In this document: positions 48,641-56,849 of the stretch, piece by piece
How positions within the stretch are numbered: the stretch's first letter is position 1
Layout of the letters: each line of letters opens with the position of its first letter
From: an uncultured Gemmatimonadales bacterium
GTDB lineage: Bacteria; Gemmatimonadota; Gemmatimonadetes; Gemmatimonadales; GWC2-71-9
DNA length: 64,000 nucleotides
Assembly (NCBI GenBank): GCA_963779755.1
Contig: CAVZZO010000001.1
Coordinates: forward strand, 636,044-700,043
Direction of reading: 5' to 3'
Made by a program: the position numbers and the translations under genes
The notes under the pieces: model-generated
The model's database searches: none
What the model was told of the DNA's origin: nothing
The model's input: only the letters and a program-made list of their open reading frames with translations

Positions 48641-48910
48641 TTGCAACACGGAGGAAGAGCCATGCTGGAAGCAGCGGTCACACTTCGGCTTACGAATAGA
48701 TGCGAAACTGCGCGGAAGCTCGTGATTGAGCCATGGACCACCGAGTTTCGACTGCAACCTGGGCACACTTACGACTTGGTGATATCAGGGGACCTTGGCC
48801 TCCCCTTAGAGGTTGAGTTCGAGGACGACGAACTAACCGTATACACTTTCGATTCCGCCAATGCCTCCTTCAAGATTTCCGAAGGCGGGGCTGAACTTAA
48901 ACCACTGTAG
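48641..48910 (+). CDS. Hypothetical small beta-rich protein
   Basis: 89-aa ORF starting 25 nt after the previous one, with non-repetitive acidic composition (LEVEFEDDELTVYTFDSANASFKISEGG). Confidence 0.4.
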   Translation: MQHGGRAMLEAAVTLRLTNRCETARKLVIEPWTTEFRLQPGHTYDLVISGDLGLPLEVEFEDDELTVYTFDSANASFKISEGGAELKPL

Positions 48911-49394
48911 GAGCCCGGCCCTGTCTAGCCTGGGGCGCTCGGGGCGCCTCCGGGTTGTCGGGCCTGAACTCCGAGGGGTCGGGTCTAGTAGGAGCCTCGC
49001 GGGCTGCCGCGCGTGGCGGACCTCGGCCGGCGGAAAAGGAAAGTGGTGGGGGCCCCACGAGTTCAGCGGAACCCATCGGCTCCAGACCTGCCGCGAGCCG
49101 GCTCCCTCGTCGGGCGTCATGCGCCCACGGGAGCAGACGGGGTCACCCCACCGGCTCCAAGGTGCTACCCGGTCCTTCGATTGTCAAAGAGCGCCGCGTT
49201 CCGCGTGCCGGCGGGATCCTGGCACCACCCTCATAGGTCGTTGAGGCTCGGGGCCTCCCACATCTTCATGGATGCTCTCCGATCCGCGGCCGGGCGGCCA
49301 GCAACTCTGTGCGCGGAACTCACCGAAGACGCCGGCGGCTCAAGGCAAATAGAGGGCGGCCCGGCGCGCACGCGCGGCTCCCCCCGGTCTCCGA

Positions 49395-50660
49395 CTATTC
49401 GATCACCACCGGCTCTGCGTGATGCCGCTGGGTCTCCCAGCGCTCCCGGTCGAACGGCTGGCCCGACTGGAGCACGGCCAGGAGGAGCGGCACCAGCTTG
49501 CGGGCCACCGCGCAGACCGCCTTGGTCCGGAGCCCGCCATTGCGGGCCAGCAGGGCCTGGTAGACCCCGGTACAGCCCCCGGGGCTGGCACCAGCGGCCG
49601 CCGAGCAGAAAGAGTTGGCGGCGCAGCAACGGCCGGCCCCGTTTGGACTGCTTGCGCCGGCCCTGCACCGTGCCGCTGGAGCGCTCGACCAGATTCATGC
49701 CTGCGAGTTTCAGCACCTGGCGGGGATGAGTGAAGCGCTCCGGAGCGCCCAGCTCGGCCACGATCGTGGCCGCACAGGTGGCGCTCACCTCGGGAATGGT
49801 GGTCAGCGCCTTGGCCGCGGGGCACTGCTCCACCGAGCGCGGCGATCTGCTGGTCCACCTCCGCGAGTTGCGCCCGCAGCAGGTCCCAGCGGGCCAGCAG
49901 CTGCTGGATCTCCAGCGCCGCTCGGGAGCGGCGCCGGCCAGGGCGACACTGGTGCGGGCGGACTCGCGCAGGACGTGGAGCTGCCCTGGGCTCACGTGGC
50001 CCCGCGAGACGGACCGCGCCAGGCGAGTCACCGCGGCCGGGGCGGCCGCCAGGAAGTCCTGCGGCAGCGGCCAGCGCGCCAGCAGGGCGCGCGGCGTGGG
50101 CTTGCGCACCTGCGAGAAGTGCGTCAGGAACTCGGGCCAGGCCAGGTCGAGCAGGCTCTGGAGACGGTTCTTGAACCGGGTTTCCTCGACGGTGAGCCGA
50201 TGACGGTGGGTGGTGAGCAGCCGCAGCTCGAGATACGGGGGCTGCAGCGCCGGATATCCCACGAAGATCCCCAGGCTCACCAGCTTGCAGATCTCGGCGG
50301 CATCCTTCGCGTCCGTCTTGTTGGGGCTGTTATCCTCCAGTTCCTTGGCCCGCTTGGTGTGGGCCGGCAGGATATTGACCAGCGCATAGCCGCGCGCCCG
50401 CAGGCACTCGGCAAACGTGAAGCCGTGATGGCCGGCGAACTCCAGCCCCACCAGCATCTGGCCGGGCCGGATGCCGGGAAACCAGGCCGTCAACTGCGCG
50501 CGGCGGCCTCGAAGCCCGCGCGGCTCACCGGCACTCGGACCGGCTTCGTGCGGCGCCCATCGGGGCCCTGAGCAACCAGCACGTGGACCCGCTTCGCGGT
50601 ATCCACGCCTACGTGAACGGGGAACGTGCGGGCATAGGCAGACTTTTCGTCGGGGGTCAT
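49395..50660 (-). pseudogene. IS110-family (IS1111-like) transposase, multiple frameshifts
   Basis: The N-terminus is FPVHVGVDTAKRVHVLV (DEDD domain). The middle is LVGLEFAGHHG...NILPAHTKRAKEL. The C-terminal domain is TIPEVSATCAATIVAELGAPERFTHPRQVLKLAGMNLVERSSG..RRKQSKRGRPLLRR. The true end (GLYQALLARNGGLRTKAVCAVARKLVPLLLAVLQSGQPFDRERW...VVIE*) is in a third frame. At least 3 shifts are present. Confidence 0.8.
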
Positions 50661-50746
50661 GGCGCGGCTCCGGGTGGAGGGAATCACAGGAGTCGCGGAA
50701 GGAGCTACGGGCCGCGCAGCGGCGTCAAGCGGGTATAGATGTCTAG

Positions 50747-51487
50747 TTAGGTAGCACCACGAATCAGACGGCGGCCGTGAGGAGTGAGTTCCGCGTGTCT
50801 GACGCTCCCAATCTGGTAGTCCCCGGGACCTCCTGTGGTAATGATTCCGAGGTCTTTCAAGCCGCGCAAGATCAGATCAAGTCGCGCAACCGGGATGCCC
50901 GTCACCTCAAGCACCGTGGTCGTGTGAAGTCGGTACTGGTCTGGCGTCAGGGTGCGGAACTGGGCAAGTACCGCAGCCACCTCGGCGGCCGAGTCCACAT
51001 CTGGGAGTAGCGACGGAGCAAGGGCGATGTATGTGCCAGGCACGAGGCGCGTTCGCGCGATTCCGACAGCGTGATTCAAGTCTGGATCAATACGAATGAA
51101 GCCGAAATCGCGAAGATCCTCCGCTGCCTCCAAGTACTCATGCGGCGAAACATCCAAATCGGTAATGGCATCCTCTGCTTCAGCAAACTGGAACAGCTGG
51201 CTGGCCTCGCGATAGAGGCAGTAGGCCAGCAACCGCAGGGGCGTACCAGAAAGGCGGACGAATGGAACTTGAATTGCTTCGAGCGCGGTCACGCGCTCTT
51301 CGAGACTGCCAACCCGGACACCGAGTTTCGATACCTGCTCATTCGCTACGCCGTAGCCGCCCAGGGCGGCAAGACGCGCTACCAAGGACGCCACGCCCGA
51401 AATCGGCTCGACAACCAAGGCCACGCCAGTGAGTGTCCACGCAGCGATGGTCGGCCAATCGAGGCTCGAATCCTTTGCTGAGGTCAT
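50747..51487 (-). CDS. Hypothetical cassette protein (N-terminal TM helix, coiled segment, possible C-terminal wHTH)
   Basis: The start MTSAKDSSLDW lies 15 nt after the attC core GTTAGTA. The stop TAA is inside the inverse core ACCTAAC. The 395-aa track ORF is read-through across the attC. Confidence 0.6.
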   Translation of the reverse strand: MTSAKDSSLDWPTIAAWTLTGVALVVEPISGVASLVARLAALGGYGVANEQVSKLGVRVGSLEERVTALEAIQVPFVRLSGTPLRLLAYCLYREASQLFQFAEAEDAITDLDVSPHEYLEAAEDLRDFGFIRIDPDLNHAVGIARTRLVPGTYIALAPSLLPDVDSAAEVAAVLAQFRTLTPDQYRLHTTTVLEVTGIPVARLDLILRGLKDLGIITTGGPGDYQIGSVRHAELTPHGRRLIRGAT

Positions 51488-51502
51488 CCCGCCTCGTAGT
51501 GC

Positions 51503-51642
51503 TACTAACGAAGTGCGTTTCAGCGGCGGCGCGATGCCCCGCTCCCTCACATCCGACGCTTCCTTACCGCGACCGCTAGATGTCCCAGAAATGCACCAGC
51601 GGGCTGCAGCACCGTGCCCGCCGCTGCAAACGCTTGTTAGCT
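51503..51642 (-). other. attC site (140-bp family)
   Basis: TACTAAC at 51503..51509 and GTTAGCT at 51636..51642. The arms GAAGTGCGTTTCAGCGGCGGCGCG / CCGCCGCTGCAAACGCTT are complementary, with one extra base in the right arm. Confidence 0.8.
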
Positions 51643-51957
51643 GCCGGCCGCAATGACAATTTCGGGTGCGATGACGCTGCCGGTATGTGCGGAGCCCCCG
51701 CGCCGGGAGACCGGGCCGCCAACCGGGAGCCTCGGCGGGGCGGGAGAACGCTGGACGCCTCCGAACCTGCTCGGCGCACCTTCCTTGCCATGGAGCGCCC
51801 CGCGGAGAGAAACCTTGGGCGGCATCGCGGAGCCTTCCAGGCGTCCCGCGCAAGGAGGCCGGTGCCGCCTCACCGCTACCAACCAACTGCAGAGTTCCGG
51901 CGGCACCACCAGGCGCCCACCAAGAGATCAGCACTGGGCGGCCCGACTGGCGCGTGC

Positions 51958-52097
51958 AGCTAACGAAGTGCGCGTGTGCTGCAGCGCGATCCCTCAGGAT
52001 TTCACAAACCTACGCTTCCACAGCCGCACCGCTAGGAGGCCCGAGTGGGGGCCGGCGGCCCGCGCGACCGGCCTGCAGAACGACGCGCTTGTTAGGC
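51958..52097 (-). other. attC site (140-bp family)
   Basis: AGCTAAC at 51958..51964 and GTTAGGC at 52091..52097, with the same family architecture. Confidence 0.8.
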
Positions 52098-52104
52098 CCC
52101 GCGG

Positions 52105-53175
52105 ATTCATATACTAAGTGCAACAACGGAAGGCGACGAAAGCGGTGATCTGACAGCAAGTAGACTTCTCTGTCCGCCAAGACAAGGAAGCCGACCATGA
52201 ACTACCGCCAGATCACCGCCGCTGAACGGTACACCCTCGGCCTGCTTCGCCGACAGGGGCTGACGGCGGCAGCCATCGCGCGCCTCCTCGGTCGCCACCG
52301 CAGCACCATCGGCCGCGAGGTCCGGCGCAACCGCACCCACCACGACGGGGGCTACCGCCCCCAGCTCGCCGACTGGTACGCGCGGGGCCGGCGGAGCCAC
52401 TCGCGCCGCAACACCCGGTTCACCGCCACGGATTGGGCGGAGGTGGAACGCCTGGTGCGCGAGGACTGGAGCCCCGAACAGATCGCCGGCCGCCTCGCCG
52501 CGGACGGACACCTCGCCATCAGTCACGAGACGATCTATCGGTACGTCTGGGCGGACCGCGCGGACGGCGGCACGCTCTACCAGCACCTCCGCGGCGCCCG
52601 CAAGCAGCGCCGCAAACGGTACGGGCGCTACGACAGCCGGGGCCGCCTGGCCGGGAAGCGGATGATCACGGAGCGGCCTGCGATCATCGAAGGCCGCAGC
52701 CAGGTCGGTCACTGGGAAGGCGACACCGTCCTCGGCGCGGGACAGGCCGGCCCCTGCGTGCTGACGCTGGTGGAACGGAAGACCGGCTATCTGATGCTCG
52801 GCCAACTCCACCAGCGGACGACCACCGCCGTCACGCGCCGGGCGACCCAGCTGATTCATCGGGAAGCTCGCCCGGTGCGCACCATCACCGTGGACAACGG
52901 CACCGAGTTCCATGACTACGCGGCGATCGAACGGGAGACCGCCACGCGCTTCTACTTCGCCACGCCGCACCACAGCTGGGAGCGCGGAACCAACGAGAAC
53001 ACCAACGGCCTGCTGCGGCAGTACCTCCCGAAAGGCCACTCTATGGCGCACCTCACCCAGGCCGCGTGTGATCGCCTCGCCCGCAAACTCAACCGCCGAC
53101 CCCGGAAGCGCCTCCTCTACCGCACCCCGGAGGAATGCTATGCACGATGAGGCTCAGTGTTGCACTACAAACTTG
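52105..53175 (+). mobile_element. IS30-family insertion sequence (ends approximate)
   Basis: A single transposase ORF is flanked by imperfect inverted repeats containing TA(A/G)GTGCAACA (left at about 52115, right at about 53167). Confidence 0.7.
52197..53150 (+). CDS. IS30-family transposase
   Basis: N-terminal HTH (ERYTLGLLRRQGLTAAAIARLLGRHRSTIGREVRRN). The DDE core contains HWEGDTV, ITVDNGTEFH and SWERGTNENTNGLLRQY. Confidence 0.9.
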   Translation: MNYRQITAAERYTLGLLRRQGLTAAAIARLLGRHRSTIGREVRRNRTHHDGGYRPQLADWYARGRRSHSRRNTRFTATDWAEVERLVREDWSPEQIAGRLAADGHLAISHETIYRYVWADRADGGTLYQHLRGARKQRRKRYGRYDSRGRLAGKRMITERPAIIEGRSQVGHWEGDTVLGAGQAGPCVLTLVERKTGYLMLGQLHQRTTTAVTRRATQLIHREARPVRTITVDNGTEFHDYAAIERETATRFYFATPHHSWERGTNENTNGLLRQYLPKGHSMAHLTQAACDRLARKLNRRPRKRLLYRTPEECYAR

Positions 53176-53186
53176 ATATCAGACGG

Positions 53187-53756
53187 CTATTGAGAGCGAC
53201 ATTGGAGGCCCTCGCCCGTCAGCGCTCGGAGGACCTTCAGCATGCGCTGATCATCACGCGAGCAAAAGACCTCGGGATTGTCCGCTCCGGCCGCACCACT
53301 TGCTCCGTCGAATCGCCATTCTAGAAGGAAGGAGCGGCCATCATCCACTAGGAAGATGGAAGGTTCCTGCGGCGCGGGCGGTAGCTCGCGTAAGCCTGCG
53401 CGCTGTGCCGCAGCAATTCGACTCTCCCAGTTGGCCGAGTCGGGCAATGCCTGATGGAACGGTACGTGCGCTGTATTCGTTGCGTACTCCTCGGCATGCC
53501 AACGCCGTCCCTCCAGCAGGAACCGGTACAGGCGGATGCCAGTGAGGCCGAAGCCATCCCACAGGCGAATCTCCGCGTCTACACCAGGGCGCGAATCCGC
53601 AATACTGGGTAGAGCTAGGTTGCGAGCGAGTTCTGTGGCATACGGCGAGAGTTCCGCAGCCCCTGCCCGCGTCGAGCGCGGACTCGGTTGCTGCCCAGCG
53701 GCGACCGCGGTTGGCAGCGCCAGGAGCCCGAATATGAAACTCAGTCGGATCGCCAT
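53187..53756 (-). CDS. Secreted hypothetical cassette protein
   Basis: The ATG lies 8 nt after the attC core GTTAGGC. Signal peptide MAIRLSFIFGLLALPTAVAA. 189 aa with no motif I recognise. Confidence 0.65.
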   Translation of the reverse strand: MAIRLSFIFGLLALPTAVAAGQQPSPRSTRAGAAELSPYATELARNLALPSIADSRPGVDAEIRLWDGFGLTGIRLYRFLLEGRRWHAEEYATNTAHVPFHQALPDSANWESRIAAAQRAGLRELPPAPQEPSIFLVDDGRSFLLEWRFDGASGAAGADNPEVFCSRDDQRMLKVLRALTGEGLQCRSQ

Positions 53757-53764
53757 ATCAGTCC

Positions 53765-53906
53765 GCCTAACGGTCTGCGTTTCAGCGGCGGCGCGATGCC
53801 CCGCTCCCTCATAATCCTACGCTTCCTTACCGCGACCGCTAGATGTCCGAGCAATGCACCAGCGGCCTGCAGCACCGTGCCCGGCCGCTGCAAACGCTTG
53901 TTAGCT
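53765..53906 (-). other. attC site (140-bp family)
   Basis: GCCTAAC at 53765..53771 and GTTAGCT at 53900..53906. The arms GGTCTGCGTTTCAGCGGCGGCGCG / CCGGCCGCTGCAAACGCTT are complementary. Confidence 0.8.
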
Positions 53907-54219
53907 GCCGGCCGCAATGACATTCTCGGTTGCGATGACGCTGCCGGCAGGTGCGGAGTCCCCACCCCGGGAGGCCCGGCCGCCCCCTCGGAGCTCCGGC
54001 GGGGCGGAAGATCGCTGGACGCTTGTCCACCGGGAACGACGCTGACCCTGCCCCGACCGCCCCGCGGGGAGGGGCCCCGGGCGGCATGGCGGAGCCTGCC
54101 AGACGACCCGCGCAAGGAGGCCGGTGCCGCCTCACCTCCGCCAACCAGCTGAGGAACTCCGGCGGCACCACCAGGAGCCCACCAAAAGATCAGCACTGGG
54201 AGGCCCGGCTGGCGCGTGC

Positions 54220-54361
54220 AGCTAACGGTCTGCGTTTCAGCGGCGGCGCGATGCCCCGCTCCCTCATAATCCTACGCTTCCTTACCGCGACCGCTAGATG
54301 TCCGAGCAATGCACCAGCGGCCTGCAGCACCGTGCCCGGCCGCTGCAAACGCTTGTTAGCT
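54220..54361 (-). other. attC site (140-bp family), duplicate of 53765..53906
   Basis: AGCTAAC at 54220..54226 and GTTAGCT at 54355..54361. Confidence 0.8.
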
Positions 54362-54674
54362 GCCGGCCGCAATGACATTCTCGGTTGCGATGACGCTGCC
54401 GGCAGGTGCGGAGTCCCCACCCCGGGAGGCCCGGCCGCCCCCTCGGAGCTCCGGCGGGGCGGAAGATCGCTGGACGCTTGTCCACCGGGAACGACGCTGA
54501 CCCTGCCCCGACCGCCCCGCGGGGAGGGGCCCCGGGCGGCATGGCGGAGCCTGCCAGACGACCCGCGCAAGGAGGCCGGTGCCGCCTCACCTCCGCCAAC
54601 CAGCTGAGGAACTCCGGCGGCACCACCAGGAGCCCACCAAAAGATCAGCACTGGGAGGCCCGGCTGGCGCGTGC

Positions 54675-54763
54675 AGCTAACAAATATTGGACCTGCGTAC
54701 CTCCCATTGAACTCCCGACCAACCAGAAATTCATCTTACGGTCCGCAGTCTAATTCCACAACA
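54675..54763 (-). other. Putative attI, located immediately downstream of the intI stop codon
   Basis: On the minus strand it reads TGA-TGTTGTGGAATTAGACTGCGGACCGTAAGATGAATTTCTGG...GTACGCAGGTCCAATATTT-GTTAGCT. It ends in a core-type GTTRRRY exactly where cassette 1 begins, and it has no partner inverse-core arm. Three paralogous relics exist elsewhere in the window. Confidence 0.6.
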
Positions 54764-55741
54764 TCACCCCGTCTGGCCCAGCAGGTCCGCGGGACTCCGT
54801 ACCCCCAGGCCGCCCCGGTTCAGGACATGGGTGTAGATCATCGTGGTCGAGACATCCCGGTGGCCCAGGAGCTCCTGTACGGTCCGGATGTCGTAGCCCG
54901 CCTCCAGCAGATGCGTGGCAAAGCTGTGCCGCAGGGTGTGACAGGTCGCCCGTTTGCCGATACCGCTGGCCCGCACCGCCTCCGCCATGGCCCGCTGCAC
55001 TGCGGTCTCGTGGTAGTGATGCCGGCGCAGCTGCCCCGAGGCCGCGTGACGATGCCGCCGCCGAGCCGGAAAAACCCACTGCCAGGGCCAGGAGCATCCC
55101 GCTCGCGGATACTTCCGCTCCAGGCCATCGGGGAGCTCGACCCAGCCCGCCCCCTCAGCCAGATCCCGCCGGTGCCGCTCCCGCACCCGCTCCAGGTGGA
55201 GATGCAACGGCTGACGCACCGACTGCGCCAGGACGGTGACCCGATCCTTGGCGCCTTTGCCTCGGCGCAGCCGTATCTCCCCCCGTTCCAGGTCCAGATC
55301 CTTGACCCGCAAGGTGAGGCACTCAAGCAGCCGCAGGCCACTGCCATAGAGCAGGGCGGCTACCAGCGCCGAGACGCCACGCAGGTGTGCCAGTACGCTC
55401 CGGACTTCTCCCGGCGTCAGCACGACCGGCAGGCGCACCGGAGCCTTCGGCCGGGGAATGCTCCCCATGTCCACCAATGGCCGCTCCAGGACCTCGGAGA
55501 AAAGGAACGAGAGGGCCGCCTGCGCCTGCGCCTGAGTTGAGGCGGAAACGTGCCGCTCGATGCGCAGATCGGCCAGGAATTGGAGTACTTCTTCCCGCCC
55601 CAGTTCCGCCGGAGGACGGAGGCCGTGAAACCGCACAAACCGCCGAACCCAGCCCACGTAGGCCTCCTCGGTCCGCGGGCTGAAGTGCCGTAGCCGCAGG
55701 TTGAGCCGCAGGGCCTGCAGCAGTTTCGGTTTGGACTGCAT
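54764..55741 (-). CDS. intI: Integron integrase IntI (tyrosine recombinase)
   Basis: [23 protein letters not shown] is present. The IntI-specific insertion [24 protein letters not shown] compares with [20 protein letters not shown] in IntI1. Catalytic region [39 protein letters not shown]. The ATG is at 55741, with an alternative GTG at 55765. Confidence 0.92.
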   Translation of the reverse strand: MQSKPKLLQALRLNLRLRHFSPRTEEAYVGWVRRFVRFHGLRPPAELGREEVLQFLADLRIERHVSASTQAQAQAALSFLFSEVLERPLVDMGSIPRPKAPVRLPVVLTPGEVRSVLAHLRGVSALVAALLYGSGLRLLECLTLRVKDLDLERGEIRLRRGKGAKDRVTVLAQSVRQPLHLHLERVRERHRRDLAEGAGWVELPDGLERKYPRAGCSWPWQWVFPARRRHRHAASGQLRRHHYHETAVQRAMAEAVRASGIGKRATCHTLRHSFATHLLEAGYDIRTVQELLGHRDVSTTMIYTHVLNRGGLGVRSPADLLGQTG

Positions 55742-55900
55742 GAGAGTATCCCCGCGGAAATCCACAAGCTTGATCCGCGACGCCTTTCCACCCGTACCCC
55801 GCCAATGCCGAGAGGACCGAAAACGCCCGCGAACTCCTCCCTTGTGTATCGAACAGTTGTTTTATACGTTTGTTCTCCACGCCCCCGGGAGCTCCGACCA

Positions 55901-56849
55901 ATGGCCCGTAAGTTCGTCATCACGCTCCTCGTCCTCGGGGCCGCCCTTACCGCCCTCGTCTTTTTCCGAAGGCATCCCACCCCCCTCACCCTCACCGGCA
56001 CCGTCACCACCAACGACGTCCTGGTCAGCCCCCAGGTCACCGGCCGGCTCGATAGCCTGCTCGTGGCCGAGGGCGACTCGGTGGCGTCCGGTCAACTAAT
56101 AGCGCTCCTGAGCCCCGAGGAGCTCCGCGGCCGACCGGACCTTCTATACCCACAGCGCCGAGGCGCTCGGCTCCCAGGTCCAGGCCAGCTCGGCCAACCT
56201 GGCCGCCGCCATGGCCCAGGACAGCGAGGCCGCCGCCACCCTGGCCGATGCCCAGCGCACCTACCAGCGCGACTCGGCGCTGACCGACGCGACGGTGCTG
56301 AGCCAGGCGGACCTGGACCGGGCCCGGACGTCGTACCAGGTGGCCCAGGCCCGCGCCGCCGCGGCGAAGAAGCAGGTGGCCGCCGCCCAGAGCTCCCTCG
56401 CCATGGCCCGGCAGCAGCAGGACGCGGCCTCGGCCCAGGCGACGAAGGCGGGGGTGCGGCTGGGATATACCGAGGTGCGGGCGCCGGGAGCGGGGATTGT
56501 GGATGTGCTCGCCGCCCGGCAGGGGGAGATCGTGGGCCCCGGCCAGCCGATCCTGACGCTGATCAACCCGGACGATCTCTGGATCCGGGCCGACGTGGAG
56601 GAGAGCTACATCGACCGGATCCGCCTGGGCGACACGCTTGACCGTGCGGCTCCCCTCCGGCGCCGAGCGCCGCGGGGTGGTGTTCTACCGCTCGGCGGAC
56701 GCGGACTTCGCCACGCAGCGCGACGTCTCCCGCACCAAGCGCGACATCAAGACGTTCGAGATCCGGCTCCGGGTGCCCAACCAGGACCGCCGGCTGGCGG
56801 TGGGGATGACGGCCTACGTGCTGCTGCCGGCTGCCGAAGACCTCATGAG
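55901..56849 (+). pseudogene. HlyD-family membrane fusion protein, at least 2 frameshifts
   Basis: The N-terminus MARKFVITLLVLGAALTALVFF..VSPQVTGRLDSLLVAEGDSV is in frame 1. The coiled coil (ADRTFYTHSAEALGSQV...AQDSEAAATLADAQRTYQRD...) is in frame 2 from about 56125. The C-terminus (VRLPSGAERRGVVFYRSADADFATQRD...) is in frame 3 from about 56636. Confidence 0.7.

Larger units (their letters stand above)
48160..50745 (-). mobile_element. 2.6-kb insertion in an attC: IS110/IS1111-like element, possibly with extra cargo
   Basis: The boundaries are inferred from the two halves of the split attC. The right end ...GGGTATAGATGTCTA is identical to the truncated copy at 37601. The transposase occupies 49395..50660. 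Confidence 0.6.
53765..54674. repeat. Perfect tandem duplication of a 455-bp ORF-less cassette (attC plus 313-bp body)
   Basis: Track ORFs 53839..54171 and 54294..54626 translate identically, as do 53741..54196 and 54190..54651 except at the flanks. The offset is exactly 455 bp. Confidence 0.9.

Noticed and set aside
50747-51934. The 395-aa ORF taken at face value
   Set aside because: Its upstream 149 aa run through an attC site and the ORF-less cassette. A start 15 nt after the attC core gives a compact 246-aa protein.
53741-54651. ORFs inside the duplicated cassette (151-153 aa and 110 aa on the minus strand, 154/218 aa on the plus strand)
   Set aside because: All are low-complexity and run through the attC. 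Indels relative to the diverged copy at 51643..51957 switch frames mid-ORF, so no long frame is conserved.
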